Source: Felis catus
Taxonomy: Eukaryota
Reading direction: 5' to 3'
NCBI RefSeq assembly: GCF_018350175.1
Contig: NC_058368.1
Coordinates: 167,650,001-167,714,000, forward strand
Length of the DNA stretch: 64,000 bases
Below are positions 50,210 to 63,765 of this stretch, piece after piece. Positions within the stretch are counted from its first letter, which is position 1. The number at the start of each line of letters is the position of its first letter. Below the pieces are notes generated by a model. The model did not search any database, was not told the origin of the DNA, and saw nothing but the letters and a program-made list of their open reading frames with translations. Both the position numbers and the translations under genes were made by a program.

Positions 50210-51499
50210 TAGAGTAGGTTTCTTGAATCTTTGTGAGAAGTGATTTAGTCATTTAGTGGGAGAACAAGCAAGGAGTTCAGGAAAAAATAGGTGGTGAAGA
50301 AAAGGAGACAGGGCTTGTAGACTCATTCTTTAAGAAATTTGGCACTAAAAGTATGGTGAGAAACATGACAATCACTTAGATGGTGCTGTAGAATAAAACA
50401 AAAGATAGTTTTCTCTTTCCATGTAACTTAGGAAAATATCTTTCCTGAGGGGCAGATAGATCGATACTTTAAAGGAAATAACCAGATTTCTATAAGATGT
50501 TGCCATTTATGGATAGTCACAGTGGAGGTTGTTTGTCTAGATCATGTGGCTTGGGCTCTTTCATGACTGAGTAAATGCCCATTTTTGTGGCTTTCTGAAA
50601 GAGACATTCACCACCACGGCATAGCCAGCAAATAACAATCAATTCTTTATTTTCTGTTACCATCATGGTCATCAAAGTTGACCACTCCTGCCCAGTGGAA
50701 GTCAGTTCTGCTGCAGAAAGGAAATGAGAAGTTGGACAGGAAATGCATGCTTCAGTCCCACACAGAGATCTAAAGGGCTGGATCTAGACTTGTGCTCTTT
50801 TCAGCATTTGGATTAGAAATAGGCAGAGATGGAATCTTGGAGAACAGCGCCTCTGGCATTATGACTCACTATTTGAGGATTTCATTAGGAGGGGAAGTAA
50901 CATGTCCCTCAGTCAGTCATCAGGAAATCACGACTGCCTGCTTATTCCACCAAATCCTGCAGAATTTAGCTGGAGAGGGTAAGAGTCTGGGGGTGGAAAC
51001 TTCGACACTGTAATGATTTCCTTACCTAAATCCAATCTTTTCTATTTCAAGTCACAAAAACACATATTTTTAGATGGATTGATAGACATACACACATACA
51101 GGGTGTATATATATTATCTTTTCATAAACATTTACCTGTCAATGTCTGTAACTTAGGGTGCCTTTAAATAAAATCTCGACTGAATTAACCTAAAATAAAA
51201 TGTTCTCTATACAAGTTCCCAAAAGAAGATGAACCCTAAGAAAGACTACTTAAATTCATTCCAGAGAAAATGGGGAATAAATGAGAATACCAGGTAGAGT
51301 TAGAGGGTTATTTTGATGAACTGATTTCTACATAATATAAAGGAAGATTAGAGCTCATAGGGTTCTGCATTTTAAAATAAATCACTGCATGGAAGCAGAG
51401 GAAATATTACTAAGAATTTTGTTCTGATGTCTGGTTAACACTTTCCTCCCTTTATAGAATTCAAAAGTTTGGAAGGAAGGCACAATTTAGGCAGTCCTT

Positions 51500-52060
51500 T
51501 TACTCAGTCATCAAAAAAGGCATTGAGGGCCTCCCATGAGCCAGGCACAATGTTAGGCTCTAGGACAAGATGGTGAACAAAAAGAGACCTTTCTCACTCA
51601 TGGACCTGGGAGGCCAGGGGGATGGGGGGGGGGGGGAACAGTAAACAAATAATGGCACTGATGAATGTATAATTACAAACTGAGATAAGTGCTTTAAAAG
51701 AAAAGAGTGGAGTCCTGTAAAAAGCAAAGAACAAAGGAGCCCAGGTAGGGGTGCAGAAAGGGCTATTTGAGCTGAGATCTAAAGAATAAGGTTGAGTTAA
51801 AGCTAACTGAGAAAGCGGGGTGGGGGGGGAGGGGAGCAGTGGAGACCCAGAGAAGAGCATACCGAAAGGAGGACCCCACCCCCAAGCTCAACCCCGACAG
51901 CGGCCTAGCCTAGCCGAGCAGTTCCTAGTTAATGATTTGGTCTTTATTCTAAGAACAGTGGGAAGCCATTCAAGGGTTTTAAAGAGGTTGGTGACATGAT
52001 CAGATCTGTGTTTTGAAAGGAGCACTCCGGCTGCAATGTTGAAAACAAATTGGAAAGACA
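51500..52060 (-). mobile_element. L2 LINE 3' portion
   Basis: gccaggcacaatgttaggctct; ataattacaaactgagataagtgct; gggaagccattcaagggttttaa...gtgacatgatcagatctgtgttttgaaag. Confidence 0.85.
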
Positions 52061-53783
52061 TTGTCTAAAAGCCATTGTTTCACTAAGTAAATGCTAAGGC
52101 CTGCAGCTGTCACAATCACTTACCTGTGGTCAGCTGACCCCACTAATATTTTTCTGCACCCCTGTGGACATTTGGAAGCTATTTTAGATGGAGGATTAGG
52201 AACTTCTTGATCCCAGATTATTACATGATTATGTCAACATTTGGAATAGAGACACAATGCCTTTCTGTCTGCTCAGAATTTTGACTGGCATAACTATCAT
52301 AACTGTTCTTGTCTGTGATCATATAAACAGGCCTAACAAACATCTGCATTTCACAGTCAGAGGCAATATCATATCACCCTCTCTTCCTTCCACCGCTGTC
52401 ATTGCATTGCTCCCCATCTTTCTAGTTTCCCTTCTGCGCTTTGACTCTCCATGTGTCAAGGACTCCTGTCAGACTCATCCTGTCCCTGACTTCTCTGGTT
52501 TCTCATCACACCTAGACACCACGGTCAGTTATTTCAACAGGGTGCCTGGCTGGGCAGGGCAGGGAGAGGAATGGCAAGAGTAGGGCTGAGCTTGGACACC
52601 AGGCAGCATCCAGTCATCCTGACTGGTTTGTAACTTTGTCTTAGAAAGGTCTGATTACAAAGGCCCACTTTCTAAATTTCAACTAAGAGGGACTAAAACC
52701 ATGCGTGAGCAATTGCCCTCATTGGAACGCTGAGTCACCTCCAGGCTACTTTAGGAGCTGTCCTGGAGCCCCAGGCAGTCTCAGCTGAAGTATGTGGAGG
52801 GAAGCAGAGCCAGAGAGCCAAGGGGGTCCTGATGACCCCCAACCCACCTTTCACCATACCTGCTGCAAAATGTTGCTGTAGAGCTGATGCACTGAGAGTT
52901 CCTCCAGAACTTCCCTCCGCCAGGTGTAAAACTCTTCAGCATTCTAGTCAAGTGTCCACCACTTAGTGTGAGTAACATGGCTTTAATTGTTATGTCTTCC
53001 TTACATGGAACCCAAGCAGACTCCTGTCTTAACTTCCACTAACTTAAGTGAATTGGGGCCTCTGCCACCACACGGAAGTCTAATACTTCCTTGACAAGAT
53101 GGCCCGTTAATACTTGAAGTGACTCATTATGCCTCCTCAATCTTTTCTAAATTAAAGCTCCCTATCTCCTTGCATTGGTGTTTCTCTGGTGAGGTTTCCA
53201 GCACCCTGTTGTCCTGGCTGTGCTTCACCGGATTTGCTAAGCGTTTAAGAAATACCATTCTTAAGACATGTGTAATTGGCTGATTAAACAAGCTTGCCTC
53301 AATTAAGTTTATTCTTGTGTCTGTTCTTCCCAAACCAGTTCTTTTCCATCAGTGTGCAAAATCTGAAACAGAAACCACAGGTTTTCTACTTTGGGAAATA
53401 ATATTAGTCCCTTTTGGCATTAAAAATCTAATAACTCTGTAACTCGAGTCCAATCTACTCCAGTTTAGTCAAAATTCCAAATATATGTCCAGAAGAGATT
53501 ATGCTGTGCTCCTGCTCAGATCTGACCCAGTCTTTGAAACTTGGAGTTGGGGGACAGAATATGGTTGTCTCCTTTATTATCTTATTGTCCTTCCCCCTTC
53601 CTACTAGCTGCTGTTTCTCACCACTTCAGGGTTGTGCTGGGGGAGAAAAGACTATGGAAAACTGGCTGGTGCAGTTATATCTGTTGATGGCTTCTAGTCA
53701 TAATGGACATGCAAAGCTTATTCTTTCTCTTATGTGGTGCTTTCACATGATCCTCTGAGATGCCTTGCTGGCGACATCTAAAT

Positions 53784-53966
53784 CGGTGCTTCTCAAAAGT
53801 GTGATCCACAAATGATGAACTTATTATCACCTGGGAACTTGTTAAAAATAACATTTTGGGGCCACTCCATCCTAAGGAATCAGAATTTCTAGAAGTATGG
53901 CCCAGGAATCTGTTTTAATAAGCCCTCCGGGTGAGTCTAATGCAAGCTAAAGTTTGAGAAGCACTG
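53784..53966. mobile_element. MER5A
   Basis: TIRs cggtgcttctcaaa / tttgagaagcactg; 8-bp TSD atctaaat / atctaaaa. Confidence 0.9.
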
Positions 53967-55059
53967 ATCTAAAAGTGGTTCCTCTCTTCTGGCTGGTCGC
54001 TTAAAACCAGGTTATGCCCTAGGTTTCTGGGCACATTGTACCTCCAGGTCTGTGTTTTCGTGCTGAGCTGAGCTGAGCCCACAAATAAACACCAGGACAC
54101 TACATTTTCCCTATAGCTAGCAGCAATAGAGTTCCTTCCCAGCATTATCTCCTCACTGCCATACTCCTCATAGGTGCCTGCCCCTAAACTGTCCATTTCA
54201 GACTCATGGGGAGATGAGGGTGTGAGTATTTCTGTGTGCTAAGCTTCAGGAGATACGTGCCCAGTTCTCTTGAAGCCTCCCTTTCTTGGTTTAAGGAGCA
54301 GATTATGTTTCCCTCTTTCATCTTCTGTCGAATGGGTGACAGGGTAATGCTGACCAAACTGGACTTATGGTCTCTTAGTATTTCCTACAGAAGTGAACTT
54401 GGTACCTCATCTATTATTCATGGTCTTTGAGGACTATTTCAAAAATCCAAGACAATAGATGAGTGATATTGAATATCATTTGAATATGGCAAACAAAACT
54501 CAATCCAATAGGGTGGTTGTACTTTGTTCTGCCTGCTACTTTTAGTAATGCAGTCCAAGTTCATGTTGGCTACACCACATCAGTAATATATAAAGGATAT
54601 ATGTCAATTCCCTGAAATCATTTAACTTAAACTTCTGTTAAATCACGTCTCCCCAGATATATTCTTAGTTAGGTCTTTGGGCCAGTTTTAAAATAGATTT
54701 ATACTTCTCTTTTACATTTACCATGGCTATGTGCCCTTTCTGTCTTCTTGTATTCATATATTGCTGAGCTCATGGAACTTTTTAGACATTGACTTGTCTA
54801 AGAGTCAGGCTATCTGTCCAACTGCTATACACTTTCAGGTGAAGTAATCACTGTTCCTGTTGATCAGAATTAAGAAGGGATTACTAATTCCTTTGCCAAT
54901 TCCTCTATATCAGAGAGATGAAATTACCATCAAAGCAAATGAAGAATTATCAGATGTTTTGCTGTCATTGCATTAAATATCCTACAAATGCTCATTATGC
55001 ATATGTGCTATTCACCCTTCCTGGCTGGGCACTCACTGCTGCTTGGCAATTGATTTCTT

Positions 55060-56340
55060 AACTGTTCTTTATTGCTTTTCCATGGAGCTTACACCAAATC
55101 TTCTTTATCACTTAAAATCTAGGCACCATTTATTCCTATCACCTCCACAGGTGACTCCCCATACATTTAACTAAAAGTATTAATGTAAGACAATATGAGC
55201 TCCCTCAACTTCTCCCTTGTTGACCTCAAAAATCTCTCCATAATTTGATTCTTTTACTCCCTTTTTGTTGTCATCTCAGAAGGAAGTCCCTCTTAGGCTT
55301 GTCAAGACCATGCCTTAATCTTTGTCACATTTTTTTATTGGCTTTGGGAATTACATTTATTTTGAATCTTTAATGTGTTTCTACTATCTCCCTGATATTA
55401 CCCCATAAAGTTTAAGTCTCACGTTCTACAAAACTAACAAGAAAACATTCCTTGACCTTCAAGTTGCCATCATGTTGCTTTCCTTTGCTTCATTTCTGTT
55501 GACCAATTTGTATTCATTTTTCTCCATTCTCCAGATAACTTTCCACTCAAAGTTAGTCAATGATCTTCTAATCATCAAATCCAAAGGTCTTTTCTTATTT
55601 TTCATTTTCTTGGACCCTTAGCCTTTTCATGTTACACTTTATATTCCTGACTCTCTCCTGGGCACATGATAAGTTCTCAATACATATCAGTCCTGTTATA
55701 ATTGCATCAATTTCAAAACTGTTCCCCCTACTGACAATCTCTCTATCCATCATTTGTTCCACTGCCACAATTATTTTCCTAAAGGAAACTCAACTTTGCT
55801 TAAATATCTTAAATAATCTAGTCCCATATCCATTTCCAGCCTTATTGCTTGTTTCTTGATGTACCAACCAAAGTGGGTGACACAAAATGAAGCCGTTTCC
55901 TCTTTTGCAAACAAAATACTTTCATTTTGCTTATGCTGTTTTTCTTTATTTTTTAAAAAAATTTTAATGTTTATTTTTGAGAGAGAGACAGAGACAGAGT
56001 ATGAGTGGGAGAGGGGCAGAGAGAGAGAGAGGGAGACACAGAATCGAAACAGGCTACAGGCTCTGAGCAGTCAGCACAGAGCCCGATGCGGGGCTCAAAC
56101 CCACAAACCCCAAGATCGTGACCTGAGCCGAAGTCAGACACTTAACCAACTGAGCCATCCAGGCACCCCATTTATGCTGTTTTTTTTTCACTTTGAACTT
56201 CTCTTCCTTACAAGATCTTTATGTCATAGTACTACTTATTCTTTAAGATCCATCACAAATGCTACCTCTGTGAAGCCTTGCCTGGTTCCTTTAAATGGTA
56301 ACTTCTTTTCCTCTAAATTTCTATAGCTTATTGGCAACCC
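55060..56340 (+). mobile_element. Degraded L2 fragments
   Basis: caatgatcttctaatcatcaaatccaaagg...ttcttggacc; cacaaatgctacctctgtgaagcctt. Confidence 0.55.
55944..56169 (-). mobile_element. Felid SINE
   Basis: TSD ttatgctgttttt on both sides. Confidence 0.92.
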
Positions 56341-57189
56341 TCATATTATAAATTCAGATGCACAAATGTGAATAATTATTAAATTTAGAGAGAATAACAC
56401 TTTTCCAAAACGACTACATCTTTCCTACATAGGGAAAACAATATAAACTACTCTACCTTTCTTGTCTTGCATTAGTTTAGACAAAACACCATCTGAGAAC
56501 TGGGAAAACCATAATTTTCTTTAATGTTTTGCCTGTAATTTGTAAAACAACAGAAACTATTCCTGTGGACATGTTTAAAATTTTTCCCAGATGCCATAAT
56601 TTTAGAACTGTATGGCAATGTCTTCATGACACCCACTGAACATCCAGATGCTGAAAGAGTCTGGAGGACCGGAACAAAAATGATTAGCAATTTTGGAAAT
56701 AGGCTCTATGTGGAAGTAATTTATAAATGAAGGAGGAGGAGGAGGAGGAGGACAAAGAGAACGAGGAGGGCAAATTATTTGACTCAGAAAAGAAAAGGTA
56801 GGGACAGGAAATGTTAGCAATTAGTTTGTGAGTGTCTGAAAAAACTATTATATGAGTGACAGTGAGCAGCTGTTTCATGTTCCTACTCAGAGGAGAACAA
56901 ATGCTTCGGGCTATTGCAAAGAGACATTAGGAAGAGTCTCCAGACTCTAAAGTTGGGAGAATTGTGGGGTATGATAGCATGTGGTCAAAGAAAGGAAGAA
57001 GAGACATCTTTCCACACTGGGGTCAGGGTGGTACCATGGCTGGAAGAAAAGATACTGGAGATAAGGCTCATTTAGGGTTTTTATTTCAATGAGGCCATAC
57101 ATATGGAGAAAGAAGTGATTCTATCTCACAGTATATTAAAAATTTAGGAACATAATCTATCCTCTAGAAAGGAAGAAAGGTTCTCAGAA

Positions 57190-57395
57190 TATGGCATTGT
57201 GGGTGAGTGCACAGTCTTCAGAATGATATTCTGGTTATTTCTCCTAGGCCACGTACTTCCTAGCTTTGTGACCCTGGAGAAGTTACTCAACTGCTCTAAG
57301 AAGCAGTTTTCTCATCCGCAAAGTGGAGATCACAGTTGTGCCTCCTTCACAGAGATGTGAGCGGTAGTGAGATGATGTTCAATAAATGTTATTGT
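57190..57395 (+). mobile_element. MIR
   Basis: acttcctagctttgtgaccctggagaagttactcaac...cagttttctcatccgcaaagtggag. Confidence 0.8.
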
Positions 57396-58226
57396 TTATT
57401 GTTTTGTTAGATATGTAGAACCTTTTAGATACTATATTAGGCATATTCCCAATCATTTCCTTTACAGAGCTATCATCCAAGCCCTATATAAGATAGGACG
57501 ATATGATGACTTTTCACCAGAGTTCTGTTCTTTAATTAAAAATGAAAGCCCTAGGTATCAAAGACCAGCCTGCTGAGTTTCCGTACCTTTCCCAACCATG
57601 AGACATTTCCCTGATGTCTGCAGCACGTCTTTGACGTCTGGGACAGAAGACCAATTTGCCTCCACCCCCACGTGGCTCCACCTGTCACCATTATTATGTG
57701 ATCTTTATAAAATTAAACTGAGAATGTAACAACTTTTTTTCATTATGCTTTCAACCAAAGCCATTAAGCTTACAAATATGGTGTCTGTTTAAAATAATGA
57801 ATGGATATAGGAAAAAATTCCTGTTTTTAATTTCAAATCTTCAAAACAGTATTTATACCAACTAATGTATTCATGTTGAATTTGAGCTATAAATGTATTT
57901 CTCACCATCTGATTAATTTGTGATAGGGGGTCTATTTGTAGCCAGTGGTTAATAAACAAAGTATATTTTCCTCTAGGTCATTGTTTCTTTCTTCCTCTAC
58001 CATACACCTTCAGAAAAAGGCATTTTCTCAAGGATCCCAGTGTGTGAATCCTTTAACTCTTCTCTGTTTATATCAAGTGAAGAGATCATCATTCTGATTT
58101 TGGCAGCACTTATTGTATATCAATATAGACACCTGGTAAGATTTCAATTCCCCACTTGAGAGTCAGTTAGAAAGCACAGAATGCTACCTGTGTGGCTTTA
58201 TTAGAGTTTGTATGTATGTGTACGTA

Positions 58227-58232
<6 letters not shown>

Positions 58233-58262
<30 letters not shown>
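58233..58262. repeat. (TG)n microsatellite
   Basis: About 15 units. Confidence 0.95.
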
Positions 58263-58263
<1 letters not shown>

Positions 58264-58877
58264 ATATATATTTCTTTTTTTAAGGAAAGTTTAGATTCTC
58301 AGGAGCAAGGATAATGAAGCATATGTTCCACTCTTAGCAAAACAAAGAGTTCAGTACGAAGTGTTATGTGTAGCTTAATACAAAAATATATTAATGGCTA
58401 TCTCTACACTAATTGTGAAATTAAAAAATCCAAATCATAGGGTTGAATTTATATGGCTGAGTCAGAAAGAGTCATCATAATTGGAATTTCAGCAATGTGT
58501 TTGGGTGATAGAAATCAGTGGGGCATGACAAGCTTTACTCTGAGTTATACATAAAGATAGCTTAGTACTGGAATGAGACATACATGATGTATAAAGGAAT
58601 CCTTTGACACTATGAAAATAGTTTACCACTGTGAAGAGAAGAGGGGAAGGTTAAATTACTTTGGCTATAAAACCCCTTGTAATGCAAAACCAACTGAACC
58701 GACTTTGTTTCCCAGATGTCTTCAGCACTGCATAATTACAAAAGTTGGAGGAGTATCTGAAGATTTCAGGGTATGCCTTATACAGAAACAGCAACCATAA
58801 TGATAAAAGTTTTAAAATATGCTAGGATGGACAAAGGAAGTACCATTGTATAGATTCAGTAAAGATGCCAAAAATGT

Positions 58878-59110
58878 CAGCCTTTGGAGTAAGAAGAATT
58901 TGAGTTTGAGCCCTAGCACCACCACTTACAATCTGTTGGACCTTGAAAAAGTCCTTCACCTCAGTGAGCTTTAGTTTCCTTGCCTTTGAAGTGAGCACAA
59001 TAACAAGGCCGACTATATGCGCTTGATGTGAAGTTTAAATGAGACCTGAACTAAGCCCTTAGCATAGGGTTGGGGCACAGAGGAAGGGCTCAATAAATGT
59101 CAGCTGTGAT
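58878..59110 (+). mobile_element. MIR (MIRb-like)
   Basis: ctttggagtaagaagaatttgagtttgagccctagcaccaccactta...gctcaataaatgtcagct. Confidence 0.8.
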
Positions 59111-59554
59111 GTTGGTAATGATAAGGGTGAAAATGATGAAAAAGAAGAGAAGGAAGAGAGTGAAGAAGATCAGCTAAACTCAAATCTATAATCCTTTTAA
59201 GAGATCCCTGAGAAACAATTGTCTGGTGATGAAATGGGAAAATCTTTTTTTTCCAAGGGTAAAATAAAGTATAGCACAGGATTTAGGTGCATTCCTTTCC
59301 CTGTCCTTGTAGAAAAATATTCATTGTAAAATTGAAATGGAGACATATGCATTTTGTCAGGATGGAAAGAGGAATTTTTTCCCTAGAATTAAGAACAAAC
59401 CTTAAATATAGTATTTTAAAACTTTTGTCCCTTGGCTAAAGCCCAATATAGCTAAGAGTTTATTAAAGAAGGCAGTTTCTTTACTCTCTCTAGTCTGTAG
59501 GGACAGTGGAGATGGAGTGTGGCACATCAAAAGTTAAGGCTCAGTGAGCAGGCT

Positions 59555-61278
59555 TTCTTGAAATTGACAAGCTGATCCTAAAATTTATATGGAAATGCAA
59601 AAGACTTTGAATATTCGGAACAGTCTTGAAAAAGAAGAACAAAGTTGGAGGACTTACAATATTCTGGGAAGCTACAGCAATCAAGACAATGTGATACTGG
59701 CATAAAGACTAGCAGAGCAATGGAACAGAATAGAGAGCACAGTGATAGACTCCCACTTAGGTGGGAATTTGGTTTTTGACAAGATGCCAAAGTAATCCAA
59801 TAGGAAAAGGCAATTCTCATCAATAAATTGTACAATAAATAAAAGGAAATAAATATCAATAAATTGGATAACCATATGGAAAAAGGGTGAACATGACCCC
59901 TACCTCACATTATACACATAAATTAATTCAAAATGGATAATAGACTTAAACATAAAAGCTAACATCATAAACTTTTAAGAGAAAATGTTTCAAAGATAGG
60001 AAAATATCATGCTTTGGGGGCAGGTTAATTTTTTTTTTAGATAGGACAAAAAAAAAAAACACTAACCATGAAAGAAAAAAAATTAATTCAACTTCCTCAA
60101 ATGGAAAATTCTCTCATCAGAGGACACTGCTAAGAAAATGTATAGGCACACTGAAGACTGAGAGAAAATATTTGCAAAGCATATATCTGGCAAAAGACTG
60201 GTATTCAGCATGTAAAGAACTTCTACTACTATAACTTAATAAGAAAGGGGGAAAAAGATGTGAAGACACTTTGCAAAAGAAGATATAGGAATAGCCAAAA
60301 CTACATGAAAAAAATGCTTAATGTCATTAGTCATTAGAGAAATGCAATTAAAATTGCAATGCAATACCATTACACACCCACAAGGAATGCTAAAGTTAAA
60401 AAGACAGACAACATCAAAAGTTGACAAAGATGTAGACTAATTAGAACTCTTATAAGGTATTGGTAGGAGCAGCAAATGGTAGAACCTGGAGTAGGTATGA
60501 GCTACTTTATGGCTATAGAAATTCCACTCCTAGGCATTTAATAAAAGAAATTAAAGCATGTGATCACAAAGGTATATATATGATAATGTTCATGGATTTA
60601 TTCATAATAGCTAAAAACTGGAAACAGTTCATCAACAGGATAATGTAGAAATAAACTCTGCTCTATTCATACAATGGAATACTACTCAGCAATTAAAAGA
60701 GGGAAAACTATATTGGTTATGTACAACAATCAATTTTGAATGCATCAAAAACAAGGCTGAGGGAAAGAAGCCTTATACAAAGATTCCACTTTCAGAAGTT
60801 TTAGAAAAGGCAAACTAATATATGGTGGAAAATGTCAGAAAACTGGGTGCCTGAGGGGTAACAGTGTACTGGGAAGGGGGATGTGGTAACTTTCTTCAGT
60901 GTTGCTAATGTTCTATATTGGGATAGGGCTTGTGTTAAACAAATATATACATTTGTCAAAACTCGGAGAATGTTTACTTAAGATTTGTGCATTTCATTAT
61001 ATGTAAATTTTACCTCAAATAATGAAACTTAGCTAATGACATGCATGCTGAAATGTTTGGGAAGAAGTATACTGATGCTTGAACTGTCTTTGAAATGCTT
61101 CTAAAAGTAAGATGGATTGATAGATGCACTGAGGGATGGATAGATGGACTGTTGTGTGATAAAGTAGGTATAGTAAAATATTAATGGTGTAATCTAGGTA
61201 GAGGGTATGTGAGTATTCACTGTAAAATTCTTTCAACTTTTCTATATGTTTGAAAATTTTCATAATAGAGTGTTGGGC
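59555..61278 (+). mobile_element. 5'-truncated old L1 (L1MC3/4-like)
   Basis: gaaattgacaagctgatcctaaaatttatatggaaatgc...tatgtttgaaaattttcataata; candidate degenerate TSD aaaagttaaggctcagtg / aaaagtttaaggctgaatg. Confidence 0.88.
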
Positions 61279-61526
61279 AAAAGTTTAAGGCTGAATGGGT
61301 TGCCAAGACCCAGCTGAGTGAGTTTTGTCCTTCTCCTGTTGAATATAGAATATGGAGCCATGAAGGTTTTAAGCAGGGCAGTGCTAAAATCAGATTTACA
61401 TTTTAGAATGACCTCTCTGCCTGAAGTGAACAGGGTAAATTGTAGGCATAGGGGTAGGAACTAATTTCAGCCTAGGAGACCAGTTATGACACTATTCCAG
61501 TATTTTTGTGAGAGATTTAACAGGAT

Positions 61527-62107
61527 ATGTCCATCGACAGATGAATGGATGAAGATGTGAGATATCTATATCTATATCTATATCTATATCTATATCTATA
61601 GATAGATATATATAGATATAGATAGATAGATAGATAGATCTCACATCTTTATGTATAATGTATATACATAATGGAGTGTTACTCGGCAATCAAAAAGAAT
61701 GAAACCTTGCCATTTGCCACAATGTGGATGGAGCTGGAGGGTATTATGCTAAGCAAAATTAGTGAGTCAGAGAAAGACAAATATCATACGACTTCACTCA
61801 AATGTGGAATTTAAGATACAATAGATGAACATAAGGGAAGGGAAGCAAAAATAATATAACAACAGGGAGGGGGACAAAACATAAGAGACTCTTAAATATA
61901 CAGAACAAACTAAGGGTTGGTGGAGGGGTTGTGGGTGGTGGGGATGGGCTAAATGGGTAAGGGGCATTAAGGAAGACACTTGTTGGGATGAGCACTGGGT
62001 ATTATACATAGGGGATGAATCACTGGAATCTACTCCTAAAATCATTATTGCACTATGTGCTAACTTGGATGTAAATTAAAAATAAATAAATAAATTTAAT
62101 TAAAAAA
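61527..62107 (+). mobile_element. 5'-truncated carnivore/felid L1 3' end inserted in an L2 relic
   Basis: tgtccatcgacagatgaatggat...gggatgagcactgggt...(AAAT)n tail; TSD-like aacaggata / aacagggta. Confidence 0.9.
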
Positions 62108-62415
62108 ACAGGGTAAGGTCTATAAAATGACAGTAGGTGACAATAAGATATTGGGGGAGAGGGCAAAGAAGGAGACTAAGATGGCTCGCAGATTTCTGGC
62201 ATTGTTCACAGAGTGAATGGCAGTGACAACCTCTGAGAGAAAATAGAGATGAAGCAAATGAGGGGTTGGTGCAGGGGCTGAGAAAAGATGTTTCACGCCA
62301 CATAAACATGTTGACTTTGAGGTTTGCTGTTGTTCTCTGAGGTGAAGATGTTAACGTGGCATTAGTATGGGTCTAGAACTCAGAGAATAGGTGAAAGCTA
62401 GAGATTTGGATTTTA

Positions 62416-62648
62416 TTTTATTTTTTATTTAAAAAACATTTTTTTAACATTTATTCATTTTTGAGAGACAGAGAGAACAGAGCGTGATGAGGGGGAGGAG
62501 CAGAGAGAGAGGGAGACAGTATGCAAAGCAGGCTCCAGGCTCTGAGTTGTCAGCACAGAGCCCGACGCGGGGCTTGAACTCACTGATCACAAGATCATGA
62601 CCTGAGCTGAAGTCAGACACTCAACTGACTGAGCCACCCAGGTGCCCC
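62416..62648 (-). mobile_element. Felid SINE
   Basis: TSD tagagatttggatttta / tagagatatgggtttta. Confidence 0.92.
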
Positions 62649-63194
62649 TAGAGATATGGGTTTTAAACTCATCAACTAAATGATGGTGTTGAAGCCATGC
62701 CAATGAAAGACTGTCCAGGGAGAGAACAAAGGAGAGAGCCCTACGGTTACTGACACTTTAGGGGTTAGCTGAGGAAGAGGATCAAGAAAATGAGGCCAAG
62801 GAGGAAAAATGTAGAGCAATATCTATAGTTCTCAAAAGTAGTAATGACAAAATTCATATAGAGGCAGTACAAATAACTCTATTATATAGATTTTGGGAAA
62901 GGAAGGAGAGAAGTCAGGAAAATTTTCAAACAGGAAATGTCATTTGAACAGGACTTTAAAGGGTAAATAGGAGTTGTCAATGCCAACAAGGGAGATAAAA
63001 GAAAGGCAGAAGGAACAACATGATAGGCTAGAAGCTTCAAAGACTATTTGGGGAATTTCAGGCCATGTCTTTTTAACTTTCACTTGGGGACTGAAATATG
63101 GTATTTTCACCAAATATGAGACTATTCACCAAATATGGATATAGTTATGGGGTTTGGGATGATCAGCTTCTATACTTCTCCCTGATTTAAACCA

Positions 63195-63374
63195 CTAGTT
63201 TTCAACTAGGGTGCATTGGAATCTGCTGGATTGCTTGTTAAAACACAGATTGCTGGGTCCTATTCCCTGAGTAACTGATATAGTATGTGTGGGTAAACCC
63301 AATAATTTGAATTTTTTAGTAAGACCTCAGGTGATGTCAACGCTGCTGGCCCAGGATCACGCTCAGATCCACTG
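63195..63374 (+). mobile_element. MER5A
   Basis: gcttgttaaaacacagattgctgggtcc...tcaggtgatgtcaacgctgctgg. Confidence 0.8.
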
Positions 63375-63555
63375 AGGATTCCAGGGAAGAAGACGTGCCA
63401 CACAATCCCCAGCATCACCTCACAGTGTCTTTCTTATCAAAAGGGACTAGTTATACAGGGAGAAGGGATAGTTCCATTGCATAGTCCTCGCATCCTTCTC
63501 AGGAGTTTTTTGTTTTGTTGTGTTTGCTTTTGTTTGTTGTAGAAAGATCTTTCTT

Positions 63556-63765
63556 TAAAAAAAATTTTGTTTAATGTTTATTTATTTTTTGAGAAAGAGA
63601 GCGAGCAGGGGAGAGGCAGAGAGAGAGGGAAACACAGAATCTGAAGCAGGCTCCAGGCTCTGAGTTGTCAGCACAGAGCCCGATGTGGGGCCTGAACTCA
63701 CGAACCACGAGATCAAGACCTGAACCGAAGTTGGATGCTCAACAGACTGAGCCACCAGGTGCCCC
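63556..63765 (-). mobile_element. Felid SINE
   Basis: TSD agatctttctt at 63545-63555 and 63769-63779. Confidence 0.92.

Noticed and set aside
55856..56326. Longest ORF in the track (156 aa) and similar ERETE/LSLSL-rich ORFs elsewhere
   Set aside because: Read-through of SINE (GA)n/(CT)n sequence; not genes
58078..58135. Plus-strand exon-like segment encoding hydrophobic EEIIILILAALIVYQYRHL
   Set aside because: Weak AAG acceptor, no ATG or partner exons; hydrophobic peptides are expected from T-rich DNA
63102..63138. Direct repeat ttcaccaaatatg x2
   Set aside because: Simple local duplication; two copies only, not an array
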